In this document: positions 39,065 through 47,836 of the stretch, piece by piece
How the letters are laid out: the number at the start of each line of letters is the position of its first letter
How positions within the stretch are numbered: the first letter of the stretch is position 1
Virus record (IMG/VR): IMGVR_UViG_3300033148_006757
Coordinates: 1 to 57,747 of that record
Origin: a virus
Lineage: Duplodnaviria > Caudoviricetes
Direction: 5' to 3' (one strand)
Length of the DNA stretch: 57,747 nt
The notes under the pieces: generated by a model
Seen by the model: the letters and a program-made list of their open reading frames with translations, nothing else
What the model was told of the DNA's origin: nothing
The model's database searches: none
Position numbers and translations under genes: made by a program

Positions 39065-39991
39065 GTGAAAGAAATGACAACAGACACAATTAACCATCTC
39101 AGGATTCTGATTGAGAGAGAGATGGCAGAGAGGATAAATGAGACTCCAGAAAATCTCATCGGTAGAGCATTGAATATAGCAGAGTATATAGTGATGCATG
39201 GTGCACCAAATGCTATTGAGGAAGAGATGATCGCAGCCGCAAGGATCCTTGAAGTCAGAGGACTTTCATATCTCCTGGAAATATCTGCAGAGAATTTCCC
39301 GGCATATGCGGCAATGGTCCGTGAAGAAGTAGGACCCAAGCACGCCTTCTGTATCAAATGTGGAAGAGCCCTGAAGAATAAGAATGCACTCAAGGTCGGA
39401 ATGGGTATCACCTGTAAAGCCCAGATCAAGAAAGGAAACTGGGAAATCGATCGGACCAAGAAATCCGCTACCGACAAAAGGCGCCAAGAGATCGTTGAGA
39501 ACGATGCTCTGGAAATGGATAACCCCGAGCGGCTTGGTTTGAGAAGGATCGCTATCAGATATGAGATCAGTGTATCCAGTGTGAGGATCGATCGCCAGGT
39601 GAACAGGAAAAAGAAGGAACTCGGCTCTATGGCAAGAACTCTGATCGAAGATAAAGAGATGCCCCCGGAAGCGGATTACTATCCTACCATATCAGAACCA
39701 CTGATACCACCTCCTCCAAAACCCCAGAAAGGAAAGGAACCCGAGGAGCCTGAAGAACCCAAGGAACTTATGCCCTTCGATCCCGAGAATCCCTGTAAGA
39801 TCTATCAGCGGAAGGGAGATGGCAGCCACTGCAAGAAGAACTGCAAGAGGAGCCGACCTCCTGAACCCGTAGAAGATCCTGAGGATCCGGTAGAACCGGT
39901 AGAACCGGAAGAGCCTGTGGAGGAGCCAGAAGAGCCTACAAACAACGAATCTTCCGAGGAAGAAGAAGATATGTTCGGAGACGAGGAATAA
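39065..39991 (+). CDS. zinc-ribbon (DUF6011-like) and HTH-like protein with Pro/Glu-rich tail
   Basis: CIKCGRAL...GMGITC; LRRIAIRYEISVSSV; PEEP repeats; own promoter at ~39001-39030. Confidence 0.6.
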   Translation: MKEMTTDTINHLRILIEREMAERINETPENLIGRALNIAEYIVMHGAPNAIEEEMIAAARILEVRGLSYLLEISAENFPAYAAMVREEVGPKHAFCIKCGRALKNKNALKVGMGITCKAQIKKGNWEIDRTKKSATDKRRQEIVENDALEMDNPERLGLRRIAIRYEISVSSVRIDRQVNRKKKELGSMARTLIEDKEMPPEADYYPTISEPLIPPPPKPQKGKEPEEPEEPKELMPFDPENPCKIYQRKGDGSHCKKNCKRSRPPEPVEDPEDPVEPVEPEEPVEEPEEPTNNESSEEEEDMFGDEE

Positions 39992-40010
39992 CCTCTCTCC
40001 TTTTATTTTT
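39977..40010 (+). terminator. hairpin plus T-tract
   Basis: GGAGACGAGG-AATAA-CCTCTCTCC followed by TTTTATTTTT. Confidence 0.55.
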
Positions 40011-40055
40011 AGAAAAAGAGCCGCGATAGATAACCGTATTTCTGGAGGAAGATGA

Positions 40056-40295
40056 ATGAGAGGAAGAAAAAGCGAGAGAAAAGGACTGTTATTACGGATA
40101 TACTGGAACCTTCGAGTTTCGATGGAAGTAGAGGAAATAATAGAAGTACTCAAATCTAATCCGAGTTTTGAAGACCCGGACGAAAGTACTAAAGACGTAG
40201 AGATAAAGAGAAAGATAGTTCATTTAACTAGGGCAATGGATTCAGTACTGACTATGGGAAAAGAGGAGGCTATACCATTCGAGGACCATAGATGA
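40056..40295 (+). CDS. hypothetical protein
   Basis: ORF with GGAGG upstream; stop overlaps next start. Confidence 0.55.
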   Translation: MRGRKSERKGLLLRIYWNLRVSMEVEEIIEVLKSNPSFEDPDESTKDVEIKRKIVHLTRAMDSVLTMGKEEAIPFEDHR

Positions 40296-41071
40296 ACCCC
40301 CAGCTAACTGAATTCGGAATATTCTCCGGGAATAATTTGGATAAGGTCTATAAAGAGGCTATGACCAAGATCCTGAAGGATGGGTCGGATTTAACCTTCG
40401 GAGATAAAGATGAGGTTAAAGAAGCCAGGGAGATATTCGGTATCATGCATCTCTATGGAAATGCTCTTAAAGATGTCCTGAAGGGGAAGACTCCAAAAGG
40501 ATTTAAATATACGGGATCACAAGTAAGAGCTCTTATGGATACGTTTGTAGCCAATGCTATTAATCCTACGGGCTTTGAGTATACCTATCCTGAGATATTG
40601 AGAAATCAACCAGCACAGGGAATGATAAATAGAGAGAAACATACTAACATGGACCAGATCGTCCTATCTCAGAATTTATTGAGAACGGATATAATGGATA
40701 GGATAAAGAGCAATCGAAATGTCGGATGGATCGGTAATCCTGGCTTCACTTATAGTAGGGATAAACCTTGTTTTAACTGGTATCAACTACGCTATATGGG
40801 TCACAGAAAGACCGTATTGGGTAAAGAAATTCCGATGGTGTCATTCAGAATGCTATTTCGATCCCATGATTGGGGAGATGCCGTAATGGGCAATGCTTCT
40901 TCAATAGGGCATGGGTTTAATGAACTAGTAATAAAGCCCCTAGGGGGAGAGATGCTAGAGATGATCATAATATCTTCCTCTGCTCACATATATGAGAAAG
41001 AATCCCAGATGTGTGAAGAGGTCTTCGGGATACCTTATAAGAGATCGAAAGAAGGGAGGGGGATTTCATAG
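40292..41071 (+). CDS. thyA: thymidylate synthase, archaeal type (dUMP-type Asn)
   Basis: GFEYTY, KPCF (catalytic Cys), FRSHDWGDAVMGN (Asn at the E. coli N177-equivalent position), SAHIYE. Confidence 0.75.
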   Translation: MNPQLTEFGIFSGNNLDKVYKEAMTKILKDGSDLTFGDKDEVKEAREIFGIMHLYGNALKDVLKGKTPKGFKYTGSQVRALMDTFVANAINPTGFEYTYPEILRNQPAQGMINREKHTNMDQIVLSQNLLRTDIMDRIKSNRNVGWIGNPGFTYSRDKPCFNWYQLRYMGHRKTVLGKEIPMVSFRMLFRSHDWGDAVMGNASSIGHGFNELVIKPLGGEMLEMIIISSSAHIYEKESQMCEEVFGIPYKRSKEGRGIS

Positions 41072-41076
41072 AGATG

Positions 41077-41110
41077 ATCTATAAATAGAATAAAGACGTA
41101 TTAGTAATTA
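41077..41110 (+). promoter_or_regulatory. TATA promoter with AAGACGTATTA motif
   Basis: ATCTATAAATAGAATAAAGACGTATTAGT. Confidence 0.65.
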
Positions 41111-41129
41111 CAAGGATTGAATAGAAACA

Positions 41130-41221
41130 GCCCATCAAAGGTCAAATCTGGAGAGGCCTACTGTCAATTAGATTACCTCTAAAATATCATCCCAGTCTCC
41201 CAGAGACTTAATTTGATGGGT
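41130..41221 (+). other. predicted structured 5' leader / candidate ncRNA
   Basis: CCCATCAAA (41131) / TTTGATGGG (41212) enclosing AGAGG/CCTCT and AGTCTC/GAGACT stems. Confidence 0.45.
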
Positions 41222-41249
41222 CATTTCATACGGAGGTAATAAAATTACA

Positions 41250-42143
41250 TTGAAAGAAACTTTAAGACCAAAGACTCTAGAGAAGTTCCGAGGTCATGAA
41301 GATATAAAAAAATCAGTCAATAATCTACTTGAATCAGACAGCCGACAGGATATAATTCTATTCGGTCCGCCTGGAACTGGTAAAACCACATTGGCTCGAA
41401 TCATCGGCTATCATTACTACGAAGAGAGTTATGAAGTAGCCATGATGGATCTAAATGCCAGTGATGAAAATGGAGTAGATGTTATTCGAACTCGGGTAGC
41501 GAATAAAGCTCGGGCTAGAAGTATGGAATCCGGAAAACCACAGATTATATTCCTGGATGAAGCAGATGCATTAACCCCTCAGGCTCAGATGGCTTTGAGG
41601 AGAACCATGGAGGATAATGATGCTAATTGTATTTTTATATTAGCAACTAACAACCTAAATGCTATTATAGAACCGATACAATCGCGTTGTAGTGCTCATA
41701 TATATCATTTAGATAGATTAGAAGACTCTGAAATTCATCTATTACTCAATGATATAGCTAAGAAAATGCAAGTAAGTAGTCCAGATATACCTTATCTAGA
41801 TATCATTAAGAAAGCAAATGGTGATGCTAGATCTTGCGTCGATCTATTTGAGAGCTGGATGAATGGGTCGGATACAAAAAAGAATACTGAGTCATTAGTG
41901 GAGCTATTAGAGCTATTAGATAGTGATGAGGAGATCGAAACCTATCCTCTCTTAGCATATATAGAAGCTAAGGATCTAACGGCCTTAAGTATGCTGATAT
42001 TAGGGAGTAATGTGTATTCCTTATCGGAGAAGACCACACTGAACAGAATAATTGCTGCATGTGACTTCAGAATTCAGAGGAGCCATAACCCCGATATACA
42101 TTTGATAGATATGCTTAATAGAATCTGGAAGGAGATCAGATAA
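41250..42143 (+). CDS. rfcS: clamp loader (replication factor C small subunit-like)
   Basis: LRPKTL, GPPGTGKTT, LNASDENG, FLDEAD, AQMALRR, IQSRC, GDAR. Confidence 0.92.
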   Translation: MKETLRPKTLEKFRGHEDIKKSVNNLLESDSRQDIILFGPPGTGKTTLARIIGYHYYEESYEVAMMDLNASDENGVDVIRTRVANKARARSMESGKPQIIFLDEADALTPQAQMALRRTMEDNDANCIFILATNNLNAIIEPIQSRCSAHIYHLDRLEDSEIHLLLNDIAKKMQVSSPDIPYLDIIKKANGDARSCVDLFESWMNGSDTKKNTESLVELLELLDSDEEIETYPLLAYIEAKDLTALSMLILGSNVYSLSEKTTLNRIIAACDFRIQRSHNPDIHLIDMLNRIWKEIR

Positions 42144-42961
42144 TGACAGGGGAATTCCAGATCAGAGCGGGATTATTGGCCAATCATATGAAAAGAGCCT
42201 CTTTCTGTACTGATATCAGGGATATAATCCTGGAGATAAACGAAGGAGTAATGAAAACCGGAGCTGTTGGGGCGGCTAATGATAGAATAGCAATCATCCG
42301 AACTTCTCTCGAAAACCCGGAGGAGAGTTTCGATACTTTAGGGATTCCTAACATCTATAAGGTTATCGATAAGATCGGTAATTTCCGACCGGAGGATATG
42401 ATATGGTTGAAGATTGATGAAAATAATCAGATGAAAGTCATTAGGACTAAGCCTAAGAAAACTTACACTATATCGACTGTGGAGGACATCACCCAGATAC
42501 GATCGAAGTCGGTTTATGATATATGGCCCGATGCAGAGAAGATGGAGATGTGTTTGAAAGTAGGAGATAAGCCCACTCAGAAGGCCGGTAATATAAAAGC
42601 TATTCTGAGGATACCGAATTTATCTGAGGCCCAGAAATTATTCAAAAACAAGGATGTTTTCACAGATGAAGTGGAGCTGACTGTTTTCCCTGAGGGCAAT
42701 ATAGAAATCATGGGACGGGACGAAGATGATATAGGGGGAGATTTTTTTGAGGTTGAACCGATATTTAAACCTGAGAGAAAAATGTCCTCGGGGTATAGTG
42801 GATTGATTGAAGTAATGAAAGCACTCAACCCGAAGGCGGATATCACTATGTATATTGGAGATGGAACTATGTCTCTGATGATAGTGGAGAAGTATGATAC
42901 CCCCGAAGAGTCATATGAGAGCATATATATTGTGATGCCTAGAATACTGAGATGGAGGTAA
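42143..42961 (+). CDS. putative sliding clamp (PCNA-like)
   Basis: Adjacent to RFC; ~270 aa; C-terminal YIVMPRI resembles the PCNA terminal strand. Confidence 0.6.
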   Translation: MTGEFQIRAGLLANHMKRASFCTDIRDIILEINEGVMKTGAVGAANDRIAIIRTSLENPEESFDTLGIPNIYKVIDKIGNFRPEDMIWLKIDENNQMKVIRTKPKKTYTISTVEDITQIRSKSVYDIWPDAEKMEMCLKVGDKPTQKAGNIKAILRIPNLSEAQKLFKNKDVFTDEVELTVFPEGNIEIMGRDEDDIGGDFFEVEPIFKPERKMSSGYSGLIEVMKALNPKADITMYIGDGTMSLMIVEKYDTPEESYESIYIVMPRILRWR

Positions 42962-42968
42962 TAATAAG

Positions 42969-43715
42969 ATGGAAATAGAATCATATAATGAGCATCAAGG
43001 ATGGAGAGCAGAGAATTTGAATGGATTAATCCAGAGGATACATAATACTCTGGATCAGCAGGGGAGGGAAGCTTATATAGGCGGAGTCGTAAGTTTATCT
43101 AATGTAACTTTCAAGATCCAGAAGAATCGGTACTCTAATGCTATGATGGATGCCAATGTGGTAGAGCGGGATGGAGAAAGAGGATTAAACTTTCTAAAAC
43201 AGGAGTTCAAAGAATGGGTTGCAGAAGAGTATCATAATCCAGGTCAAGCCTGGAAGGAATATCCTGAGAGATGGAGATCATTCCTGAACGCCAAAGATAG
43301 AGTGGATTATTCATATAATGAAAGAATCCAGGGATGTAGTCAGCTAGAGAATGTTATTAAAACTCTAGCAAAAACCCCATACACCAGACAGGCCTATATT
43401 GAGATATATCGGGCTCCGATAGATTCATATAGGATGGGAGAGGATGATAGAATGGTTCCATGTATCCTGGGATATCATTTCACTCAAATCGGTCAAGATC
43501 TGAATATGACTGTGATGGCCCGATCTATCGATGCTAATAACTGTCTGATGAATGATATGTGGCTGGCCGATAGATTATTAAACTATATCGTGGAAATGAT
43601 CAACCGGAAATTAGAATATGCCGCTTCTAAGAAGATAAGCGAGGGCTCTATCACTTTCATGATCAGTAACCTACATTCATATCCAGATATCGTTCAGAAG
43701 GAGACGATAAGATGA
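42969..43715 (+). CDS. ThyA-superfamily enzyme, dCMP hydroxymethylase-like (Asp at specificity site)
   Basis: YSYNERI, TRQAY, VPCI, RSIDANNCLMND (compare T4 gp42 RSNDVVFGFRND), NLHSY. Confidence 0.75.
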   Translation: MEIESYNEHQGWRAENLNGLIQRIHNTLDQQGREAYIGGVVSLSNVTFKIQKNRYSNAMMDANVVERDGERGLNFLKQEFKEWVAEEYHNPGQAWKEYPERWRSFLNAKDRVDYSYNERIQGCSQLENVIKTLAKTPYTRQAYIEIYRAPIDSYRMGEDDRMVPCILGYHFTQIGQDLNMTVMARSIDANNCLMNDMWLADRLLNYIVEMINRKLEYAASKKISEGSITFMISNLHSYPDIVQKETIR

Positions 43716-44692
43716 CCAGAGATGATGAAATAAACGATTTAAGAAAAGCTATGGGCACTATGCCTAATGAGAATCTTGAACCGAATACCATGTTCTATAT
43801 AGGAGTTAACGGCATAACGGTTGAGATGGTAGAGTGTCCGGAGAATCCCTATAGAGCTATATTCGAAGCAAGTGTGGCTACTTGGGGAGATGAAAGATAT
43901 GGCACTAAATGGGGTGAGGTTAGTCCGGAGAACCGTTTCAAAGTAGTTAAGGCAGCCTTATCAGGACAGACTCTTCCGCAAGCATTGGAGCCGGTTAATT
44001 TCATGTTTATTGTGAGAGGAGCCAGTAGAGCTCAGTTTGATCAACATGCCAGGCAAAGAATAGGCGCTACCTTCTTCAGTCAAGGGGTTAGAGATAACTC
44101 TAGAGCAGATGCAGGTTTTAGGGTCCCTACCGATCTCATAGAAATGGAAGATAGAAACCTGAGTGACCGAGTACTTGAGCATATAGCAAAGGGTAAAGAG
44201 TTATATAGCGAAATCCTGGGAAATGGAAAAGGCTCTTATCAATCAGCCAGGGCAATACTCCCTATGGGTATGACTCACAACTATAAGTATGCTGCTAACT
44301 TACAGGCTATTAAAGGCTATATGGCTCAAAGACTCCAGGCATGTGAGCAGGAAGATACTGTCTTCGTAGCTATATCCATAAGAAAAGCTATAGAGGAAAA
44401 ATTCCCACTAATAGCCAGTCACCTGAAGCCGGGATGCGATTATGCCAAAAGATGTACATATCATCAATCATACACCCTGAGTGAGATGTTCGGATGCTTG
44501 TTTGCAGGATGTGGAAGATGGCCGGATGAGAATGAATACTCTACCTTTAATGGGAGCTGTAGTAATTATAGGACTATGGCGGAACAAGGAGGTATTCAGT
44601 TACGTTCCCCGACATTTTGGCGAGAATATGATACCTTTGGAAGCTTGGATGTAGAAGATAGGATGTTGTTTGAGGCCTCATATGAGTTCTAA
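43712..44692 (+). CDS. ThyX-fold flavoprotein with non-canonical active site
   Basis: ALEPVNFMF, SRAQFDQHARQR, QSARAILP, YMAQRL; RHR is RQR, the SxRY motif is GVRD; Cys-rich C-terminus. Confidence 0.75.
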   Translation: MTRDDEINDLRKAMGTMPNENLEPNTMFYIGVNGITVEMVECPENPYRAIFEASVATWGDERYGTKWGEVSPENRFKVVKAALSGQTLPQALEPVNFMFIVRGASRAQFDQHARQRIGATFFSQGVRDNSRADAGFRVPTDLIEMEDRNLSDRVLEHIAKGKELYSEILGNGKGSYQSARAILPMGMTHNYKYAANLQAIKGYMAQRLQACEQEDTVFVAISIRKAIEEKFPLIASHLKPGCDYAKRCTYHQSYTLSEMFGCLFAGCGRWPDENEYSTFNGSCSNYRTMAEQGGIQLRSPTFWREYDTFGSLDVEDRMLFEASYEF

Positions 44693-45668
44693 TACAGTAA
44701 TTCTAGGAAATGGATTATCCGCCCTGATATGGGCGGCTTATCATCCTAATTCTGTCATAATCGGACCCGGAAAACCAGGAGGAATGGCTAAAGATATGAA
44801 AGCTCCCTTTTTCCTGCATAAACATCCGGCTACCGAAAGGTTATTGAAGGAATTAGGATTAAGTACTTGTACCAGGGAAGTGAAGGTAGGATATGCCTAT
44901 AGCAGTACCGTAGGAACTTATATCCGGGATGAACCTCCTAAAGGTTTCCGAGATAGTTATTATAGGCATAGCAGATGTTTATATACTGGGTGTTCAGATT
45001 CGGTACCTAATTCTGTAATGAATCAGGGGGCAGAGAGATTTGAAGCTTATAAAATAACCCCGGATACCTTGATCAATCAACTGATAGAAGCGGTAATATC
45101 AATCGGAGGTGTGTTTTATAGGGATATTCTTAGAAAGATAGTAGTGGATAGAGAGGTAATAGGTGTATATGGTGATAGAATGAATGCTCTATATAAAGAA
45201 GTAATATCCACCATACCTATAAACATTTTTCAATCGCTCTTACCGGAGCAGGAATATAAGAGAATATATCAGGATGATAGCCTCACTAAAATATTTCTGG
45301 AAGCCAAGGAACAAGATCCATGTACGAGGGGATATGATTTCGTATATTTATGCCCCCACCAGAAACATCCGATCTTCCATTTGTTCGCCTCCCATATAAC
45401 CCGGATGAATAATAACCACGTCACAAAGAAAACTTTTTTTGAGTATACTTTCGTAGCAGGGGCTCCGATCATCGATGAAGCTATGAAACAGTTAACAGAA
45501 ATTTATGGAGAAGACCGAGTATCTTTACACCCGGAGATATCAGTTAGAAGAGATGTAGAATGGAAAAAATACCATGGCATAAAATTCCTTGGAAGGGGTG
45601 CTCAATGGGATCATTCGATTAAGGTTCAAGATGTGGTTATGGAGGCTCAGAAACATGCAGAGCAATAA
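44682..45668 (+). CDS. FAD-dependent enzyme, UDP-galactopyranose mutase / amine oxidase superfamily-like
   Basis: Rossmann VILGNGLSA...KPGG, VISTIP, C-terminal IKFLGRGAQW; start placed at second ATG behind GAGG. Confidence 0.65.
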   Translation: MSSNTVILGNGLSALIWAAYHPNSVIIGPGKPGGMAKDMKAPFFLHKHPATERLLKELGLSTCTREVKVGYAYSSTVGTYIRDEPPKGFRDSYYRHSRCLYTGCSDSVPNSVMNQGAERFEAYKITPDTLINQLIEAVISIGGVFYRDILRKIVVDREVIGVYGDRMNALYKEVISTIPINIFQSLLPEQEYKRIYQDDSLTKIFLEAKEQDPCTRGYDFVYLCPHQKHPIFHLFASHITRMNNNHVTKKTFFEYTFVAGAPIIDEAMKQLTEIYGEDRVSLHPEISVRRDVEWKKYHGIKFLGRGAQWDHSIKVQDVVMEAQKHAEQ

Positions 45669-46254
45669 ATGGGAAGTGGAGAAGGAGAAAAAAATATGTT
45701 ACTTCGATATAGACGGGGTTTTGAATGATTATCCGGAGTGTTGGTTAAGATTTCTACGGGAAAAATGGGATAGAACAGAGCTCCCTGATAGAAAAATCAG
45801 GGATTTGAATTATGTTAAAGAACAGGTTCCCTATCAGTTGTATAGGAACTCTAAATGGGAATATCGAGAAAGTGGCTATAAAACCACCATCCCCCCCACT
45901 ACTAGTGCTTCCGAATTGACCTATAATCTGCATCAGATGAGATACCATATAGTTATAATAACCGCTAGACCTGTGAAAGAGCACCCATCTTTATTCAAAC
46001 AGACTGTAGACTGGCTGCAGAAAAATAGCATCGAATTTGATGATCTTATATTCGATGGGGATAAACATATTGCAGTATTGAAAAGGTATCCTCATTTGAA
46101 ATTCGGGGTAGAAGATCACAGATATTATGCTAACCTAGTAGCCTCTTGGGGGTATCATATGTATCTTTTAGACAGTAAATACAATCAAGGTGAGATTCAT
46201 AAAAACGTCACCAGAATAAAGAGCTTGGTCGAGATATTAGAACAATCTATATAA
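45655..46254 (+). CDS. HAD-family phosphatase (5'(3')-deoxyribonucleotidase-like)
   Basis: FDIDGVL, IITAR, DK, VEDH; start ATG 45655 behind GGAGG. Confidence 0.8.
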   Translation: MQSNKWEVEKEKKICYFDIDGVLNDYPECWLRFLREKWDRTELPDRKIRDLNYVKEQVPYQLYRNSKWEYRESGYKTTIPPTTSASELTYNLHQMRYHIVIITARPVKEHPSLFKQTVDWLQKNSIEFDDLIFDGDKHIAVLKRYPHLKFGVEDHRYYANLVASWGYHMYLLDSKYNQGEIHKNVTRIKSLVEILEQSI

Positions 46255-46275
46255 AGGCATAAGACATACTAAGTA
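46244..46275 (+). promoter_or_regulatory. TATA promoter with AAGACATACTA motif
   Basis: AATCTATATAAAGGCATAAGACATACTAAG; RBS GGAGGT at 46287. Confidence 0.7.
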
Positions 46276-46298
46276 TTATCAGAATCGGAGGTAATCGA

Positions 46299-46766
46299 AT
46301 GAATAGTCAGATAAAACCAGACCTTGTGATATTAGAAGGACCCGATAAAGCTGGTAAATCAACCATATATCAGGCCTTCCGAAGAGCTACATACTATCAA
46401 CCACTTATTATCGACCGATTTATCGGTAGTAATATAGTATATGATCAACTACACGATCGTCTAGATAAACATACAGCCCACTATAATATGGAAGTGCGTC
46501 TGAAGGATATTTTTAATCCTTTGGTAGTATATTTGTGGGCCCCGGACCACGTATTAATGAGAAGAAGTGATATGGCCGGGGACTTAGATGAAGAGAGGGA
46601 GGATATAGAAGGCATCCATAAGTACTACGAGGAATACTTAAGACTCACGCCCTTAGAGATCCTTACTATAGATACCAGTATCATTCCCGTGGACGAAGTG
46701 GTAAAGACGATAAAATGGACATTAAGTCATAGACAAAATGAGGTAAGAAACCAATGGTCAGCGTAA
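46299..46766 (+). CDS. P-loop nucleoside monophosphate kinase (thymidylate kinase-like)
   Basis: ILEGPDKAGKST, IIDRFIGSNIVY, LTIDT. Confidence 0.8.
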   Translation: MNSQIKPDLVILEGPDKAGKSTIYQAFRRATYYQPLIIDRFIGSNIVYDQLHDRLDKHTAHYNMEVRLKDIFNPLVVYLWAPDHVLMRRSDMAGDLDEEREDIEGIHKYYEEYLRLTPLEILTIDTSIIPVDEVVKTIKWTLSHRQNEVRNQWSA

Positions 46767-47401
46767 TAACAAAATCCCTTGGGAATAAGATATTTGAAGT
46801 AACCCAGTTCGGGAAGGATCGAAAGAATGGGACTCGGGAGTCTCTTAACCAGATAATGATCTTAGAATTCCCGACCCAGAAAGGTATCATTAATTCAAAT
46901 ACTAGAGAGACTGGTATAAACCTATTAATAGAGGAAATGGAATGTAAACATCTCTATGCTTCCAAGCTCGGTAAGAATTGGGATCAGAAGAACCTGGAAG
47001 AATATCATCATTACGGATTCTTAACCCATGCCCTATTACATAAAATTAACTCCGTAAAATACTTTAACGGAGAGGGCATAGATTCCAGAAAACTGATAAT
47101 ATTCTCGGACGACTGCATATCGACCATACAGTTAATAGTTAGGGAAGAGGAAGTAGGACTGTATGTACATATGAGGAGTTCTGATGCTATAAATCTATTA
47201 CCACTAGATGTAATGGCTTTGACCAATCTATTGGACAACGTTATGATGACTCATAGATTATCGGGTGAAGATAGGAGAGTAATGATCCATATAACATTCG
47301 GGTCTCTTCACATATATTCAGATGATCTGAAAATAGCCAAAGAAGTAGGAGTAAGTACCTCAGGAGAGAAGTATAATGAAACCAGCAGACGTTATTTGTG
47401 A
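46754..47401 (+). CDS. divergent ThyA-superfamily enzyme (Asp at specificity site)
   Basis: SRKLII, DDCISTIQ, MRSSDAINLLPLD, GSLHIY. Confidence 0.7.
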   Translation: MVSVITKSLGNKIFEVTQFGKDRKNGTRESLNQIMILEFPTQKGIINSNTRETGINLLIEEMECKHLYASKLGKNWDQKNLEEYHHYGFLTHALLHKINSVKYFNGEGIDSRKLIIFSDDCISTIQLIVREEEVGLYVHMRSSDAINLLPLDVMALTNLLDNVMMTHRLSGEDRRVMIHITFGSLHIYSDDLKIAKEVGVSTSGEKYNETSRRYL

Positions 47402-47606
47402 GATGAAAGGATCGGGTATAGAATCGTTGGCCCATATAACAGTTCAGGGATCCCATAAGTATTATGTCACGATCGAGCAACTAAATAGAATGACACCTAA
47501 TATGGAGATAAAAGTACTCAGTATGGAAGTGAAACATTTAAGCACCCAGGACGTAATGGGAAAAGCTCCCCGAGCTAATAAGAAGCGGTTGTATAATGTC
47601 AGGTGA
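47376..47606 (+). CDS. hypothetical protein
   Basis: Coupled ORF within the operon. Confidence 0.55.
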   Translation: MKPADVICEMKGSGIESLAHITVQGSHKYYVTIEQLNRMTPNMEIKVLSMEVKHLSTQDVMGKAPRANKKRLYNVR

Positions 47607-47833
47607 ATAGGATGAGTAAAATCCGGGTAATAATAGAAGACTCCGAGCCTATCGAATACGAATATAATGGGGAGGTACAACATTATATCGAAATCAATAC
47701 AGCCCACTACGGAATAGAACAAATAAGTCAAAATACCGAGGATGCTATTGTAGACTGGGGAGAAGAGAATAATATAGGAATGGGTTCTTTTAAAAACCTG
47801 GTGAATATAATGAAACACATTGAGGTGGTTTGA
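47603..47833 (+). CDS. hypothetical protein
   Basis: Coupled ORF within the operon. Confidence 0.55.
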   Translation: MNRMSKIRVIIEDSEPIEYEYNGEVQHYIEINTAHYGIEQISQNTEDAIVDWGEENNIGMGSFKNLVNIMKHIEVV

Positions 47834-47836
47834 GGG

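Noticed and set aside
41130-41221. tRNA gene
   Set aside because: No TTC-containing T-loop, D-loop or cloverleaf spacing
43712-44692. Simple redundant ThyX as an auxiliary dTMP source
   Set aside because: Signature His, Ser and Tyr residues are replaced and an Asn-type ThyA is present, so no gene symbol was assigned
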